Source of the DNA: Gammaproteobacteria bacterium
Lineage (GTDB): Bacteria > Pseudomonadota > Gammaproteobacteria > Steroidobacterales > XN24
Length of the DNA: 64,000 nt
Reading direction: 5' to 3'
Assembly: GCA_020341735.1 (NCBI GenBank)
Contig: CP070833.1
Coordinates: 2,387,527-2,451,526 of the forward strand
Positions 45,551-56,351 of the stretch are shown one piece after another. The notes below the pieces were generated by a model. The model was not told the origin of the DNA. It saw only the letters and a list, made by a program, of their open reading frames with translations, and searched no databases. How positions within the stretch are numbered: the stretch's first letter is position 1; each line of letters begins with the position of its first letter. The position numbers and the translations under genes are program-made.

Positions 45551-46594
45551 TTATGCCGGCGGCGCAACGCCGCCGGCTTCTTCCTTGAGATATCGCCCTG
45601 GCGACTTCCCTGTCCAGCGTCTGAACGCCCGACTGAACGTACTCTGATCCGAGTATCCCAGCAGGAAGGCTGCCTGCCCGATCGAGCGGCCTTCGTCAGT
45701 GAGTAACTTCTCCGCCAGACCGCGCCTGGTCTCCTCCAGCAGGTTCCTGAAATTCGTGCCTTCCTTTCGCAGATCCCTCTGCAGGCTGCTCACGCTGCGA
45801 TTCAATCGGTGGGCTATCTCCCGTTCTGTTGCGTTCCCGGAAGACAGCAACTGGGTGAGCAACTCGCGTACCTTTGCTACTACCTCAGCTTCGTCCACCT
45901 GCGCCAGCATCCTGGCCAGCCATTTGTCGGCCTCGCCGGCCAGCTCCGGATTACCGGCAGGAAGCGGCTGCCTGATGTCCCCTATCTGCAGCGCTATCGC
46001 ATTCTCCCCGGCTCCGAACTCGACCGGAGCCTGGAACCATTCCTCATACCTCAATCGCTGACCGGGGTCCGGCCTCTTCAGGCGGACCCAGATCGGAGCA
46101 AAGTCTTCTGTCGATGCCCGGCGGCACATGGCGATCAGTGCAGCCAGGCTTGCTTCTCCAAGCATGATCGGGAAAGGCTCTACCCCGCCGGCCGCATCGA
46201 AACTGTAGACGGCGAGTCCGTGCTCGGCGCGCCGCTGGAATACTGCAGCCGTGCTTGCAACGCGGTGATAGCGTAACCACCGGTCGAGCGCATCCTCTAG
46301 CGTGCTGCTGGCCAGCCAGGCGAAACCCAGAACCTGAGTATTACCAGGCCGGAGATGCCGGCCCACAACCAGCCCGAGACAGGGATCACCAGTGCATTGC
46401 GCCGCTTCCTGCCAGAGTTTTCGGAGGGCAGAGAACGGATAGCGGGCACCGGCCTTGCCGATCATGCTCGGATCCAACCCGGCCCGGATGAAGAGAGGCC
46501 GCGGGTCGACCCCGTAATGCCGCTCCAGCGTCTCTGCCAGAGCGCCGGACATGCTGGCGAGAGAGGTAGGCTCGTTGCGCGGACCCGAGGTCAT
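45551..46594 (-). CDS. AraC-family transcriptional regulator (N-terminal ligand-binding domain, C-terminal HTH)
   Basis: C-terminal ...REIAHRLNRSVSSLQRDLRKEGTNFRNLLEETRRGLAEKLL...IGQAAFLLGYSDQSTFSRAFRRWTGKSPGRY. Start chosen at an internal ATG. Confidence 0.82.
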   Translation of the reverse strand: MTSGPRNEPTSLASMSGALAETLERHYGVDPRPLFIRAGLDPSMIGKAGARYPFSALRKLWQEAAQCTGDPCLGLVVGRHLRPGNTQVLGFAWLASSTLEDALDRWLRYHRVASTAAVFQRRAEHGLAVYSFDAAGGVEPFPIMLGEASLAALIAMCRRASTEDFAPIWVRLKRPDPGQRLRYEEWFQAPVEFGAGENAIALQIGDIRQPLPAGNPELAGEADKWLARMLAQVDEAEVVAKVRELLTQLLSSGNATEREIAHRLNRSVSSLQRDLRKEGTNFRNLLEETRRGLAEKLLTDEGRSIGQAAFLLGYSDQSTFSRAFRRWTGKSPGRYLKEEAGGVAPPA

Positions 46595-46809
46595 CGTGCT
46601 CGTAAGTGCACATTGTCTGACAGCGAAGCGCAAGGCTTTTCTGCAAACGTTCCCCGTGCATGAGTATCTGCGGCTGCTCCCAAGCGCCCGGAGGCCGCAG
46701 TCTCTCGCGGTCGTTGCGAGGAGCCGTGGGAACATCGACCTCCCGGCCAGATGGGTCGCGACGACGTTCGTTTGCTGTCGCGACCGCTCGCTAAATGCTC
46801 ACGCCTCTA

Positions 46810-48015
46810 TCAGACCGTGCGGGTTGCGATGGCAGGCGAGATAGCCGAAGCCTTGCGGGCCGGTCCTGCCACGCCCAGCAAACCGAGCAGCCACAGCGCA
46901 AGGACCCCTGCAGGAACGTACAGAGGGTCCAGTCGCTCGAGTTCGAAGCTTGCGACCATCCAGTAGTTCACCGCGATCGTCAGCACGGACCCCAGCATCA
47001 CTCCGGCCGTGGTGATCATCCAGTTCTCGACCATGAAATAGCGAAGGATGTCCTGCCGCCGTGCACCTACGGCCCGGCGCGTCCCAATCTGCTTGATACG
47101 CTGACGAACCGCAAAGCTGGCCAGCCCGACGATGCCAACGCCGGTGACCATCACCATGAGGCTGACCACAACAGCCAGCACCACCGCCATACCGCGGTCT
47201 CCCTGGTAGCTGGAGTCACGGATCTCGCTGTGGGTGCGCAGCGACTTCACGACGCGCCGGTCATTTGTCGCCAGCAGCGTCTGCTCCACCTGCGGCATTA
47301 CGCGGTCACGCTCTCCAGGCTCAGCCCTGACAATGTAGTAATTGGATTCGACCGGCATGACGCGCGGGACGAGCATGACGTTCTCTAGCTCGTCCCAACC
47401 AACCCATGCCCCATGCATCGTGTCGAGAACACCGATCACCGTGACGGGATTGCCTAGTTTGTCGTAGACGGTGGCACCGGCCTGGGCGCCACCCTCTGGG
47501 AACAGCGCATCCAGGTACGCCCTCGTCATGATGACCTGGCTTATCGGCACGCCAAAGCTCTCCGGGTACTCGACATCCTCCGCGGTGAAGGCTCTACCTG
47601 ACTCCAGCTTCACGCCGAATGCGTTGACGGCGTCCGCGTTGACGAAGTACTGCGCGCCGTTCACCCGCGGCGCCCCGTCTTCCGATGAACCGGCGAGTTC
47701 GGTACCCCAGCCGCTCCCGGACAACGGGACGTGCTGCGAACTCGTTACGGCGAGCACGCCGGGGATGGCCTCGAGCTCAGCGAGGTCCTGCGGAACGCTC
47801 TCCTGGAGATTGAAGTCTTCGCCAAAGCCGAAGCTCTGCACGGTGACGATGTTGTCCACATCCATGCCCGTGGGCCGGGTGATCTTGTCGATCCTCTGCT
47901 TGATTATGAATACGGCGTTGACGATGACCGCCAGCGTGAGCGCGATCTGCAAGGCCATCAGGATGGGGCCGGTCTTGTTACGGAGAGAAGCTCTCCAGAT
48001 GGGTCCGAATTCCAT
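46810..48015 (-). CDS. ABC exporter permease, FtsX/MacB-type
   Basis: N-terminal TM, large periplasmic domain, C-terminal FtsX-like 3-TM bundle (...IGTRRAVGARRQDILRYF...). Confidence 0.85.
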   Translation of the reverse strand: MEFGPIWRASLRNKTGPILMALQIALTLAVIVNAVFIIKQRIDKITRPTGMDVDNIVTVQSFGFGEDFNLQESVPQDLAELEAIPGVLAVTSSQHVPLSGSGWGTELAGSSEDGAPRVNGAQYFVNADAVNAFGVKLESGRAFTAEDVEYPESFGVPISQVIMTRAYLDALFPEGGAQAGATVYDKLGNPVTVIGVLDTMHGAWVGWDELENVMLVPRVMPVESNYYIVRAEPGERDRVMPQVEQTLLATNDRRVVKSLRTHSEIRDSSYQGDRGMAVVLAVVVSLMVMVTGVGIVGLASFAVRQRIKQIGTRRAVGARRQDILRYFMVENWMITTAGVMLGSVLTIAVNYWMVASFELERLDPLYVPAGVLALWLLGLLGVAGPARKASAISPAIATRTV

Positions 48016-48039
48016 GAACTTTCTCCTGTGAGGTATCCC

Positions 48040-49356
48040 TTATTGCAGGCGCAGATAAGCGCCGGGGGGTACCCGGCAGACGCGCCATGCCGGATAGAGA
48101 CCGGCGATGACGGTGGTCACAACGGCGCTGGCGATAGCGATCCCGACCATGGTCAGGTCGAGTCTGGCCAGATGTTCGAAACCGGGGAACAGCTGTTGGA
48201 TGCCCTTCAGCGCCAGCCAGGCGAAGCCGAGGCCGGCGAGACCGCCTGCGGCGCCGAGAGCGCCAACCTCGATAAGCTGCTGACGGAAAACCGCTCCACG
48301 GCTGGCGCCCAGTGCGCGGCGGATCCCGATCTGCGGCGCCTTACCGAGAAACTTCGTCAGCATCAAGCCGACGATATTGAACAAGCAGACAACCAGGAAC
48401 AGGAACGCGATGCCGATAAGCACCTTGTTGTCGTCACGAACGACCTGGCGGACTTCTAGCCATTGCTCCACTGCCGTGATGCGATTGTTGAGCGGCCGGG
48501 CGAACCTGCCGAGCTCCTTCTGTTCTTCTACGTATCCGTCTATGAATGCCTGGTAGGCATCGCGCTCTACCTCGGAAGGCAACTCCACCCAGTACTGCCA
48601 CCATACGCACTCGGCGCCGAGAAATTCTTCGAACGAATTGATGTCCTCGTCTTTCCAGCAGTTGGTGTTACCCGAGGAGAACAGTTCGAGTTCACGACCG
48701 ACGCCGGATGGAATGAACATTTGTTCAGGCTCATCGAAGGCCCCGTTGTTGACGTCGTAGTATTTCGGCACCGGGTACCAGTCTTCCGAGACACCGACGA
48801 CGGTGAATTCCCGATCATTGATACGCAGGGTTCTGCCGGTACTGTCCTCGCCACCGAACAATTCGTCGTTGCGCGACTTACTTATGACGACAAGGAGCTG
48901 GCCTGCATCATCGGCATCCCGACTCCACGCGGCACCGTAGACGAAGGGGATGTCGAACAGGGCGAAGAAGTCACCGTCGGTGAGCCGGGCCTGGGCCTGG
49001 AATGGCTTGAGGTCGACGCGCGTCGGCTGAACGACCAGCGAGACCTTATGCATCGCGGCCTGCCGACGTGGAATGTCGGATTCACGCAACGCCATCGCAT
49101 CAATGTACGTAAGCTCCCAGGGCGCCTGCTCCGGGAGATCCTCCCGATAAGCCTGGGCGGGATCCCAGCTATCCAGCTGCACGGCATAGAGCACATCACT
49201 CTTGTGCGGAATGGGATTGTTGGCCATCAGGTAATAAATGGTCACGGCAGCCATGAAGATGCCGATACCCAGGGCGATCGTGGCCACCATCAACGAAGTC
49301 GTCGCCGGCGCAGCGAACAAGCTTCGGCTAGCGAGTTTCAGGTAGTAACGGAACAC
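48040..49356 (-). CDS. ABC exporter permease, FtsX/MacB-type (second copy)
   Basis: AGGAGA then GTG at 49356 gives MFRYYLKLASRSL... C-terminal ...IGIRRALGASRGAVFRQ... FtsX motif. Confidence 0.82.
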   Translation of the reverse strand: MFRYYLKLASRSLFAAPATTSLMVATIALGIGIFMAAVTIYYLMANNPIPHKSDVLYAVQLDSWDPAQAYREDLPEQAPWELTYIDAMALRESDIPRRQAAMHKVSLVVQPTRVDLKPFQAQARLTDGDFFALFDIPFVYGAAWSRDADDAGQLLVVISKSRNDELFGGEDSTGRTLRINDREFTVVGVSEDWYPVPKYYDVNNGAFDEPEQMFIPSGVGRELELFSSGNTNCWKDEDINSFEEFLGAECVWWQYWVELPSEVERDAYQAFIDGYVEEQKELGRFARPLNNRITAVEQWLEVRQVVRDDNKVLIGIAFLFLVVCLFNIVGLMLTKFLGKAPQIGIRRALGASRGAVFRQQLIEVGALGAAGGLAGLGFAWLALKGIQQLFPGFEHLARLDLTMVGIAIASAVVTTVIAGLYPAWRVCRVPPGAYLRLQ

Positions 49357-49367
49357 AGTCGTATCTC

Positions 49368-50096
<729 letters not shown>

Positions 50097-50106
50097 GTTT
50101 CTTCCC

Positions 50107-51429
50107 TCAGTCTTGGAGTAGTACGGTCCCGGCTCCCTCGAACTGCGCCAGGTCGGAGATGATGATGGTCTGGCCCTCCTCCAGACCGGTGAGGACTTCC
50201 ACCTCGCCGATGCTGGTAGCGCCAACCTGGATTTCGCGTCGATGGGCCAGCCCGCCTTCGACGACGTACGCGATACGCCCGCTACCGCTGTCGAGAAATG
50301 GCCCGCGCTGTACGGTGAGCGTGTCTTGTTTCGACTCGAGCAGTATCCGGGCCGATACACGCTGGTTCTGCCTGAGTCCGTCCGGTGGATCGCCGGCGAA
50401 ACGCACCCGGCCTGACACCTGGTTCTCTCTCACCTCCGGCGATATCGCGGTGATCTCGCCAGCGTGGGTCGATCCGCTGAAAGTGATTTCTGCAGGCATG
50501 CCGAGACCGAGGTCGTCGCCATACTCCTGGGGTACCTGGATATCGATCTCGAAGGCGGTGAGATCCACCACCGTCATCAGCGGCTGGTTCTCTGCTACCT
50601 GTGCCTTCTGATCTACCGATAGTGATCCGACGATACCGGCTACCGGCGAGCGCACCTCCAGCTCGGCGACGCGTCGCTCCAGTTCGCTGACGAAAAGCCG
50701 CTGACGATCCCTCTCCAGCGCGCGCGTCGCTATTTCAAACCCCAGGCTTTCACTTTCCAGGCGTGCGTTCGCCTCCGCGTGGTCGAACTCGAGCCTGGCC
50801 CGGGCGAGATCGTCCTTGGCTTTCTCGAAGTCCTGCAGACTGATGATCTGCTCGTCCCAGGACGCCTGGGCTCTGCGCAATTCCCGCTCGGCGGCTGTCA
50901 CGGCGACCCTCGCCATGTCTGTCGTCTGCTGGTTACGCAATTCGCGTTTCTTCTTCTCGATGCCCTGCCTTGTCAGTTCCGTTTCCATACGCTGTAGCGT
51001 GGCGAGTTCCTGATCGAGCTCGTTGGCCAGCCGCGGGCTCTCCACGCCGGCCAGAACCTGTGACTCGCTGACCGTGTCTCCCGCCTCGACCATCAGCGTG
51101 ACCACGCCTTCCGCCGGGGCGTACACAGTGGGCTTCACCGCGGCGACAACACGCCCCCTGACCGCCACATCGCGCACGAAATCGTTGCGCGTTACGGTTG
51201 CCAGCCTGAGCCGCTCAAGCGGTACGGAACGGTCCGCAGATGCGATTCGCTGAACAGCGGGGGAGACTGCCGCTGACGTAGCTACCAGGGACAGGATGAA
51301 AAGACCGATCATCCAGCGTCGTCGACTGGACATGGGAGGCCGCTCGACGACCTGGTCCTGGGCCGCGGTGTCACGGATCGTCGCGCGTGCGGTCACGGCT
51401 GTCCCCCGTTGCGGATTGGCTGAACTCAT
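50107..51429 (-). CDS. Periplasmic adaptor (HlyD/MacA-type membrane fusion protein)
   Basis: N-terminal TM, lipoyl-like and coiled-coil segments, beta-barrel C-terminus. Immediately upstream of the ABC genes. Confidence 0.85.
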   Translation of the reverse strand: MSSANPQRGTAVTARATIRDTAAQDQVVERPPMSSRRRWMIGLFILSLVATSAAVSPAVQRIASADRSVPLERLRLATVTRNDFVRDVAVRGRVVAAVKPTVYAPAEGVVTLMVEAGDTVSESQVLAGVESPRLANELDQELATLQRMETELTRQGIEKKKRELRNQQTTDMARVAVTAAERELRRAQASWDEQIISLQDFEKAKDDLARARLEFDHAEANARLESESLGFEIATRALERDRQRLFVSELERRVAELEVRSPVAGIVGSLSVDQKAQVAENQPLMTVVDLTAFEIDIQVPQEYGDDLGLGMPAEITFSGSTHAGEITAISPEVRENQVSGRVRFAGDPPDGLRQNQRVSARILLESKQDTLTVQRGPFLDSGSGRIAYVVEGGLAHRREIQVGATSIGEVEVLTGLEEGQTIIISDLAQFEGAGTVLLQD

Positions 51430-51658
51430 GGCAATCGCTGTCGCTCCCCGATCTATTCAGATGAACAGTCCCGACACCTGATCGCATCTGGCCTGTTCTG
51501 CTTATGACGCACGATCGGCGATCCGGGTTTGAATCGGGATGGAAAACAGAGATGCTATGGTTGCTTCCGAAGGGCATGGGCGCCATGTCGGAACGGTGTC
51601 TCGTGGGATAATCTCTGCATCGATTCCATGACGGTGAACAAAGTTGCGGGTACGTCTG

Positions 51659-52612
51659 ATGAGAAAAATCTGCTTGTTGACAGCTTCGTTGGCTCTTTTG
51701 TGTGCCTGCGACAAACCGGGGGCACCGGCCGCCACCGAGGCGGCGACCGGTAGAGTCGCATCGGAGGCGCCAGCCGTAACTGCTCAGGGGATCATGGACG
51801 CCGCGAACGCTACCTACGTCGGCATTTACGATGAGCCAGTGTCTCTGCGAGACGGGATCTTCGAAGGGCAGCCTTTTGTCGAGGGCGGGGCGTCCCGGCC
51901 ACACGTGGAACTCGTGCGTGAATTCTCCGTGACCGGTGATCTCACCGGTGACGGATCGGATGAGACCGTCGTGCTTCTTGCTGAAAATTCAGGTGGATCC
52001 GGGACCTTCGGCTATCTGGCGGTACTGGCAGGAACAAGTGTCGGCAGCACGAGCCTTGAGACAGCACCGATTGGAGACCGGGTACAGATCCAGTCTGCGT
52101 CCATACAGGAACAGGAATTACTCATCCAGGTTATCGAAGCCGGCCCGGATGATGCAGCCTGCTGTCCTTCGAACAAGGCGTTGAGACGCTGGACCCTGGA
52201 GGGTGCGCGCCTGGCGGAGGGGGAAGCGGAATCCGCTGGCACTCTGTCGGTCGCCGATCTCGAGGGGCTGGAATGGCATCTTGAAGAAATGGGCGCGGCC
52301 ACAGACTTTGGGGAGGGCGTCCCGATTACCGTGGTTTTCGATACCGGCCGGGTTGCCGGGCACAGCGGCTGCAATCGATACATGGGTGCGGCGGAAGCAG
52401 GCGGCATGCCTGGCGAGATTTCCTTGGGGCAGCTGGCGGGCACGATGATGGCCTGTCCGGATCCTCTAATGCAGCTCGAGCGCACGTATCTAGGCGCGCT
52501 CGGCCAGGTAACTCGATTTGGGTTCAAGGCAGGCAGACTGGTACTGACCAGCATTAATGAGGCCGGTGAGGTGGGTAACCTGGTCTATTCGCCTCATCCG
52601 TTACCCGAATAG
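51659..52612 (+). CDS. Lipoprotein with a C-terminal META (HslJ-like) domain
   Basis: Lipobox MRKICLLTASLALLCAC. C-terminal LEGLEWHLEEMG...VVFDTGRVAGHSGCNRYMG...LAGTMMACPDPLMQLERTYLGAL is META-domain-like. Confidence 0.72.
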   Translation: MRKICLLTASLALLCACDKPGAPAATEAATGRVASEAPAVTAQGIMDAANATYVGIYDEPVSLRDGIFEGQPFVEGGASRPHVELVREFSVTGDLTGDGSDETVVLLAENSGGSGTFGYLAVLAGTSVGSTSLETAPIGDRVQIQSASIQEQELLIQVIEAGPDDAACCPSNKALRRWTLEGARLAEGEAESAGTLSVADLEGLEWHLEEMGAATDFGEGVPITVVFDTGRVAGHSGCNRYMGAAEAGGMPGEISLGQLAGTMMACPDPLMQLERTYLGALGQVTRFGFKAGRLVLTSINEAGEVGNLVYSPHPLPE

Positions 52613-52825
52613 GCCGATTGATTTTCTCAGGCGGCCGCGCGACGGACGGCTCGTTTGCCGGTCGCTGGCGCATCGCGTATCGTCCGGAATCGTTCGCAAC
52701 GCTTGTCTTGTCTCCGGCGACATCGGCCTCCTGCTCCTGATCTGGACGCAACGCATCTCGTTAGCGAACCGCATTCATTGCGCTTCGGGCCCCGGGTCCG
52801 CGAGAAGCATTACAGGGAGCTGTAG

Positions 52826-53356
52826 ATGCAGCACAGATTCGCAATTCGCGCCGTTACCGCCATCGCCTTCTGGCTGGCGATGACGCACAACAATGTGAGT
52901 GCGCAGGACGAGCAACCAGCCGCCGAGGAGAGTCCCGTGATAGAAGACGGCCGCAGCGTTTCAATCGAATACACACTAAGGCTCGAAGACGGCACCGTCG
53001 CCGACACTAACGTCGATGGTGAACCGCTGGTCTACACGCACGGCAACGGGCAACTGCTGCCGGCCCTGGAGAAAGAACTGGAGGGGATGGCCCTCGCGGA
53101 TACGCGCAGCATCGAGATCTCGGTAGCCGACGGCTACGGAGAAGTCGACCCGGGACTGTTTCGGGAAGTGCCACAGGAGCAAGTTCCGGAAGAAGCGAGG
53201 CAGGTCGGACAGGTTCTCTACGCGGAGAGTCCGAACGGACAACCCTTTCAGATAAAGGTGCACGAGATTAAAGACGAGGTCATCGTCCTCGACCTGAATC
53301 ACCCCCTGGCGGGTGAGGCATTGATCTTCGACATCAGGATCGTGTCCATCGATTAA
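52826..53356 (+). CDS. FKBP-type peptidyl-prolyl cis-trans isomerase (SlyD-like fold with signal peptide)
   Basis: VSIEYTLRLEDGTVADTN...PLVYTHGNGQLLPALEKELEGM...DLNHPLAGEALIFDIRIVSI. Confidence 0.82.
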   Translation: MQHRFAIRAVTAIAFWLAMTHNNVSAQDEQPAAEESPVIEDGRSVSIEYTLRLEDGTVADTNVDGEPLVYTHGNGQLLPALEKELEGMALADTRSIEISVADGYGEVDPGLFREVPQEQVPEEARQVGQVLYAESPNGQPFQIKVHEIKDEVIVLDLNHPLAGEALIFDIRIVSID

Positions 53357-53648
53357 GACGGCTAACTGGATTTCGACAGCAACGCACGTACCGCCTCAGC
53401 CAGGTGCACTCCGATCCTTGACGCCGGATCGCTCCGTTTTGGCTGGATGGGAGGGAAGCGGCATAATGGCGCCGGAAGGGGAAGGTCGTGGTCTGCTCCC
53501 ATCGCACGTGGTGAATCCCAGGAGCCCGCTCGAGCGAAGTCTCCAGGGGGGCACAGTTTGACGGTGGCGAGTATGTCCGGCCCGCGGTACGGACCATCCC
53601 GAAGACAATGATCGCCTCTCAATATTTCAGTAGCCGGAGGAAGTTGCT

Positions 53649-55055
53649 GTGGTCGATCTAGATATGGTCTTTCTGGCGCGTCTGCAGTTCGCATTCACGA
53701 TCAGTTTCCACATCATTTTCCCGGCCTTTACGATAGGGCTCGCCAGCTATCTGGCCATGCTCGAGGGCTTGTGGCTGAAGACAGGCCGGGACGTCTATCT
53801 CCAGCTATATCGATTCTGGGTAAAGATCTTCGCCGTCTCCTTCGGCATGGGTGTCGTGTCCGGACTGGTGATGAGCTATCAGTTCGGCACGAACTGGAGT
53901 CTGTTCTCCGAGATTACCGGCAACGTCCTGGGTCCGTTACTCGGCTACGAAGTCCTGACGGCTTTCTTCCTCGAGGCGTCCTTCCTCGGCATCATGCTGT
54001 TCGGCTGGAATCGCGTCGGCCCGCGACTGCATTTCATCTCGACGGTCGTCGTAGCCGTTGGAACGCTTTTCTCGGCCTTCTGGATCCTCGCAGCAAATAG
54101 CTGGATGCAAACTCCCGCCGGACACGAGATACGTGACGGGATCTTCCACGCAACCGACTGGATCGAGGTCATCTTTAACCCTTCGTTCCCTTACCGATTC
54201 AGCCACATGGTGCTTGGAGCCTATTGCACGACCGCCCTCGTCGTCGGAGCAGTCGGTGCATTTCACCTGCTGCGCGGTACCAATCGGGAACCCGCTCGGG
54301 TCATGACGCACATGGCGCTTGGATTCCTTGCAATCGTCGTTCCAGCTCAGATGATCGCCGGACACGAGCACGGAGCAAACGTCTACGAGCATCAGCCAGT
54401 GAAGCTCGCTGCCATGGAAGGGCACTGGGAAACCTATGAGAACAACGCTCCGCTGGTGTTGGTCGGATTTCCGAATGAAGAGACGGAGAGCAATGACTAT
54501 GCGCTGTCGATTCCGAAGGTGGGCAGCCTGATTGTGACCGGCTCGTTCGACGGTAAGATCCGCGGCCTGAAGGAATGGCCGGCCAGCGAACGCCCGCCTG
54601 TCGGATGGGTGTTCTGGAGTTTCCGGGTGATGGTCGGTCTCGGAATGGTCATGTTGTTTATTGGCTTGTTTGGCGCTGTGCTCGTCTGGCGACGTAACGT
54701 CGAGACGCAACGTTGGTTCTTGCGCCTGTGCATCGCAGCAGGACCAGCCGGATTCATCGCGGTCATCGCCGGGTGGTTTACCGCGGAGATCGGCCGGCAG
54801 CCCTACACGGTCTATGGCCTGCTGCGAACCGTTGACTCGGTGTCTCCGGTCACCGCGGGCGCGGTTGGTACATCGTTGATCGTTTTCATCTTCGCCTACA
54901 GCATCGTGTTTGCGGCCGGGATGTACTACATATTGAAACTTGCAAAGCGCGGACCGGAGGGCCCGGCCCATCCGCCAAGCGCGAAACCGGACGAACCCGT
55001 GCTGGGCGTGCCACTCGCGCTCGGCAGGGAGGATTCCGCAGAGGCGGCTGGCTAG
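53649..55055 (+). CDS. cydA: Cytochrome bd-type (cyanide-insensitive-like) ubiquinol oxidase subunit I
   Basis: SD GGAGGA then GTG 53649. LARLQFAFTISFHIIFPAF...GWFTAEIGRQPYTVYGLLRT hallmark motifs. The short Q-loop region suggests the CioA type. Confidence 0.92.
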   Translation: MVDLDMVFLARLQFAFTISFHIIFPAFTIGLASYLAMLEGLWLKTGRDVYLQLYRFWVKIFAVSFGMGVVSGLVMSYQFGTNWSLFSEITGNVLGPLLGYEVLTAFFLEASFLGIMLFGWNRVGPRLHFISTVVVAVGTLFSAFWILAANSWMQTPAGHEIRDGIFHATDWIEVIFNPSFPYRFSHMVLGAYCTTALVVGAVGAFHLLRGTNREPARVMTHMALGFLAIVVPAQMIAGHEHGANVYEHQPVKLAAMEGHWETYENNAPLVLVGFPNEETESNDYALSIPKVGSLIVTGSFDGKIRGLKEWPASERPPVGWVFWSFRVMVGLGMVMLFIGLFGAVLVWRRNVETQRWFLRLCIAAGPAGFIAVIAGWFTAEIGRQPYTVYGLLRTVDSVSPVTAGAVGTSLIVFIFAYSIVFAAGMYYILKLAKRGPEGPAHPPSAKPDEPVLGVPLALGREDSAEAAG

Positions 55056-55086
55056 ACCAGCACGAATAGCACGAGGGTCACAGGCT

Positions 55087-56118
55087 ATGGACTGGATCGA
55101 TCTGCCCACGACCTGGGCCGCACTCCTGGCGGTGGCGGTGTTCATGTACATCCTGCTCGACGGAATGGATCTGGGTGTCGGCATCTTGTTTCCGTTCGCC
55201 AGTACAGACCAGGACCGGGACATCATGATGAATTCCATCGCGCCGGTCTGGGACGGGAACGAGACCTGGCTGGTTCTGGGCGGTGGCGGTCTGTTTGCCG
55301 CGTTTCCCAAGGCATATGCGGCACTGATGCCTGCCGTTTACATGCCCATCGGATTCATGCTCACCGCATTGATCTTCCGCGGCGTGGCTTTCGAATTCCG
55401 CTTCAAGGCTAGCGGCTCAGGGCAGCGAGTCTGGGATCAGGCGTTCCATTGGGGCTCCGTGATCGCAACATTTTCTCAAGGGCTGGTGCTCGGAGCGATC
55501 GTTCAGGGCGTGACCCTGGACGATGGGCGCTTCGCGGGTGGTATGTTCGACTGGCTGACGCCATTCAGCTTTGTCGTCGGCTGCGCCATGGTCTGGGGCT
55601 ACGTGCTCCTGGGCAGCACCTGGATGGTCATCAAGACAGAGGGTGAACTTCTGGAGTGGGCTCGGCGCGTCGGCTTGATCTCGGCGGGTGTTGTGCTGCT
55701 GATGATGGCCGTGGTGAGCTTCTGGGTGCCGGCACTGGATGCTGCCGCAGCCGATCGTTGGGGCCTTCGGTATCCGGACGTGGACTGGGCTAAGCTGCTG
55801 CCACTGACACCCATACCGCTACTGGTGGTCGTCGCCTTCTGGAAGCTGGTATCGAGCCTGCGGAAAGACACCACCTATGCGCCGCATATCTGGGCCTCGT
55901 CGTTATTCCTTCTCGGATTCATCGGTCTGATGGTCGGTATCAATCCGTATCTCGTCCCCTACGACCTGACCATTTATGACGCGGCCGCCGCACCGAAGTC
56001 GCAGGCTCTGTTGCTGGTGGGCGCGGTCGTCATGTTGCCCATCATTCTGGGTTACACGGCTTATGTGTATTGGATTTTCCGTGGCAAGGTGAAAGCGGAT
56101 GCCGGCTATCACGCCTGA
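55087..56118 (+). CDS. cydB: Cytochrome bd-type ubiquinol oxidase subunit II
   Basis: MDWIDLPTTWAALLAVAVFMYILLDGMDLGVGILFP...WDGNETWLVLGGG, typical of CydB/CioB. Confidence 0.92.
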   Translation: MDWIDLPTTWAALLAVAVFMYILLDGMDLGVGILFPFASTDQDRDIMMNSIAPVWDGNETWLVLGGGGLFAAFPKAYAALMPAVYMPIGFMLTALIFRGVAFEFRFKASGSGQRVWDQAFHWGSVIATFSQGLVLGAIVQGVTLDDGRFAGGMFDWLTPFSFVVGCAMVWGYVLLGSTWMVIKTEGELLEWARRVGLISAGVVLLMMAVVSFWVPALDAAAADRWGLRYPDVDWAKLLPLTPIPLLVVVAFWKLVSSLRKDTTYAPHIWASSLFLLGFIGLMVGINPYLVPYDLTIYDAAAAPKSQALLLVGAVVMLPIILGYTAYVYWIFRGKVKADAGYHA

Positions 56119-56248
56119 CAGCGATCCGTACGCGGGTGCTCCACGGAGTCGCTGGCGCAGGCTGGGGTGGTTCGCACTGCTCTACGCGGCAAGCCTTGCC
56201 GCCTGGAGTGCCCTCGCCTATCTGATTCGGGTGATGATCGTCCCCTAG
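56099..56248 (+). CDS. Small membrane protein (49 aa), DUF2474-like, overlapping the cydB stop
   Basis: Below the ORF-track size cutoff; found by manual translation: MPAITPDSDPYAGAPRSRWRRLGWFALLYAASLAAWSALAYLIRVMIVP. One TM after a basic patch. 20-nt overlap with cydB. Such small proteins follow cioAB in pseudomonads, as far as I recall. Confidence 0.55.
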   Translation: MPAITPDSDPYAGAPRSRWRRLGWFALLYAASLAAWSALAYLIRVMIVP

Positions 56249-56351
56249 ATTTCTCCCGGCTTGCCGGATTCTCGTCCGGCGGCGATACTCTGGTCGCAGC
56301 CAACCCGGGAGGGTAACGCTGCGCAAGCCTCTCCACATCTGTCTGCTCGCC

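Noticed and set aside
53418-53431. FNR-like half site TTGACgccgGATCG upstream of cydA.
   Set aside because: The second half-site is poor (GATCG against ATCAA), and I could not find a suitably placed -10. It is not strong enough to call.
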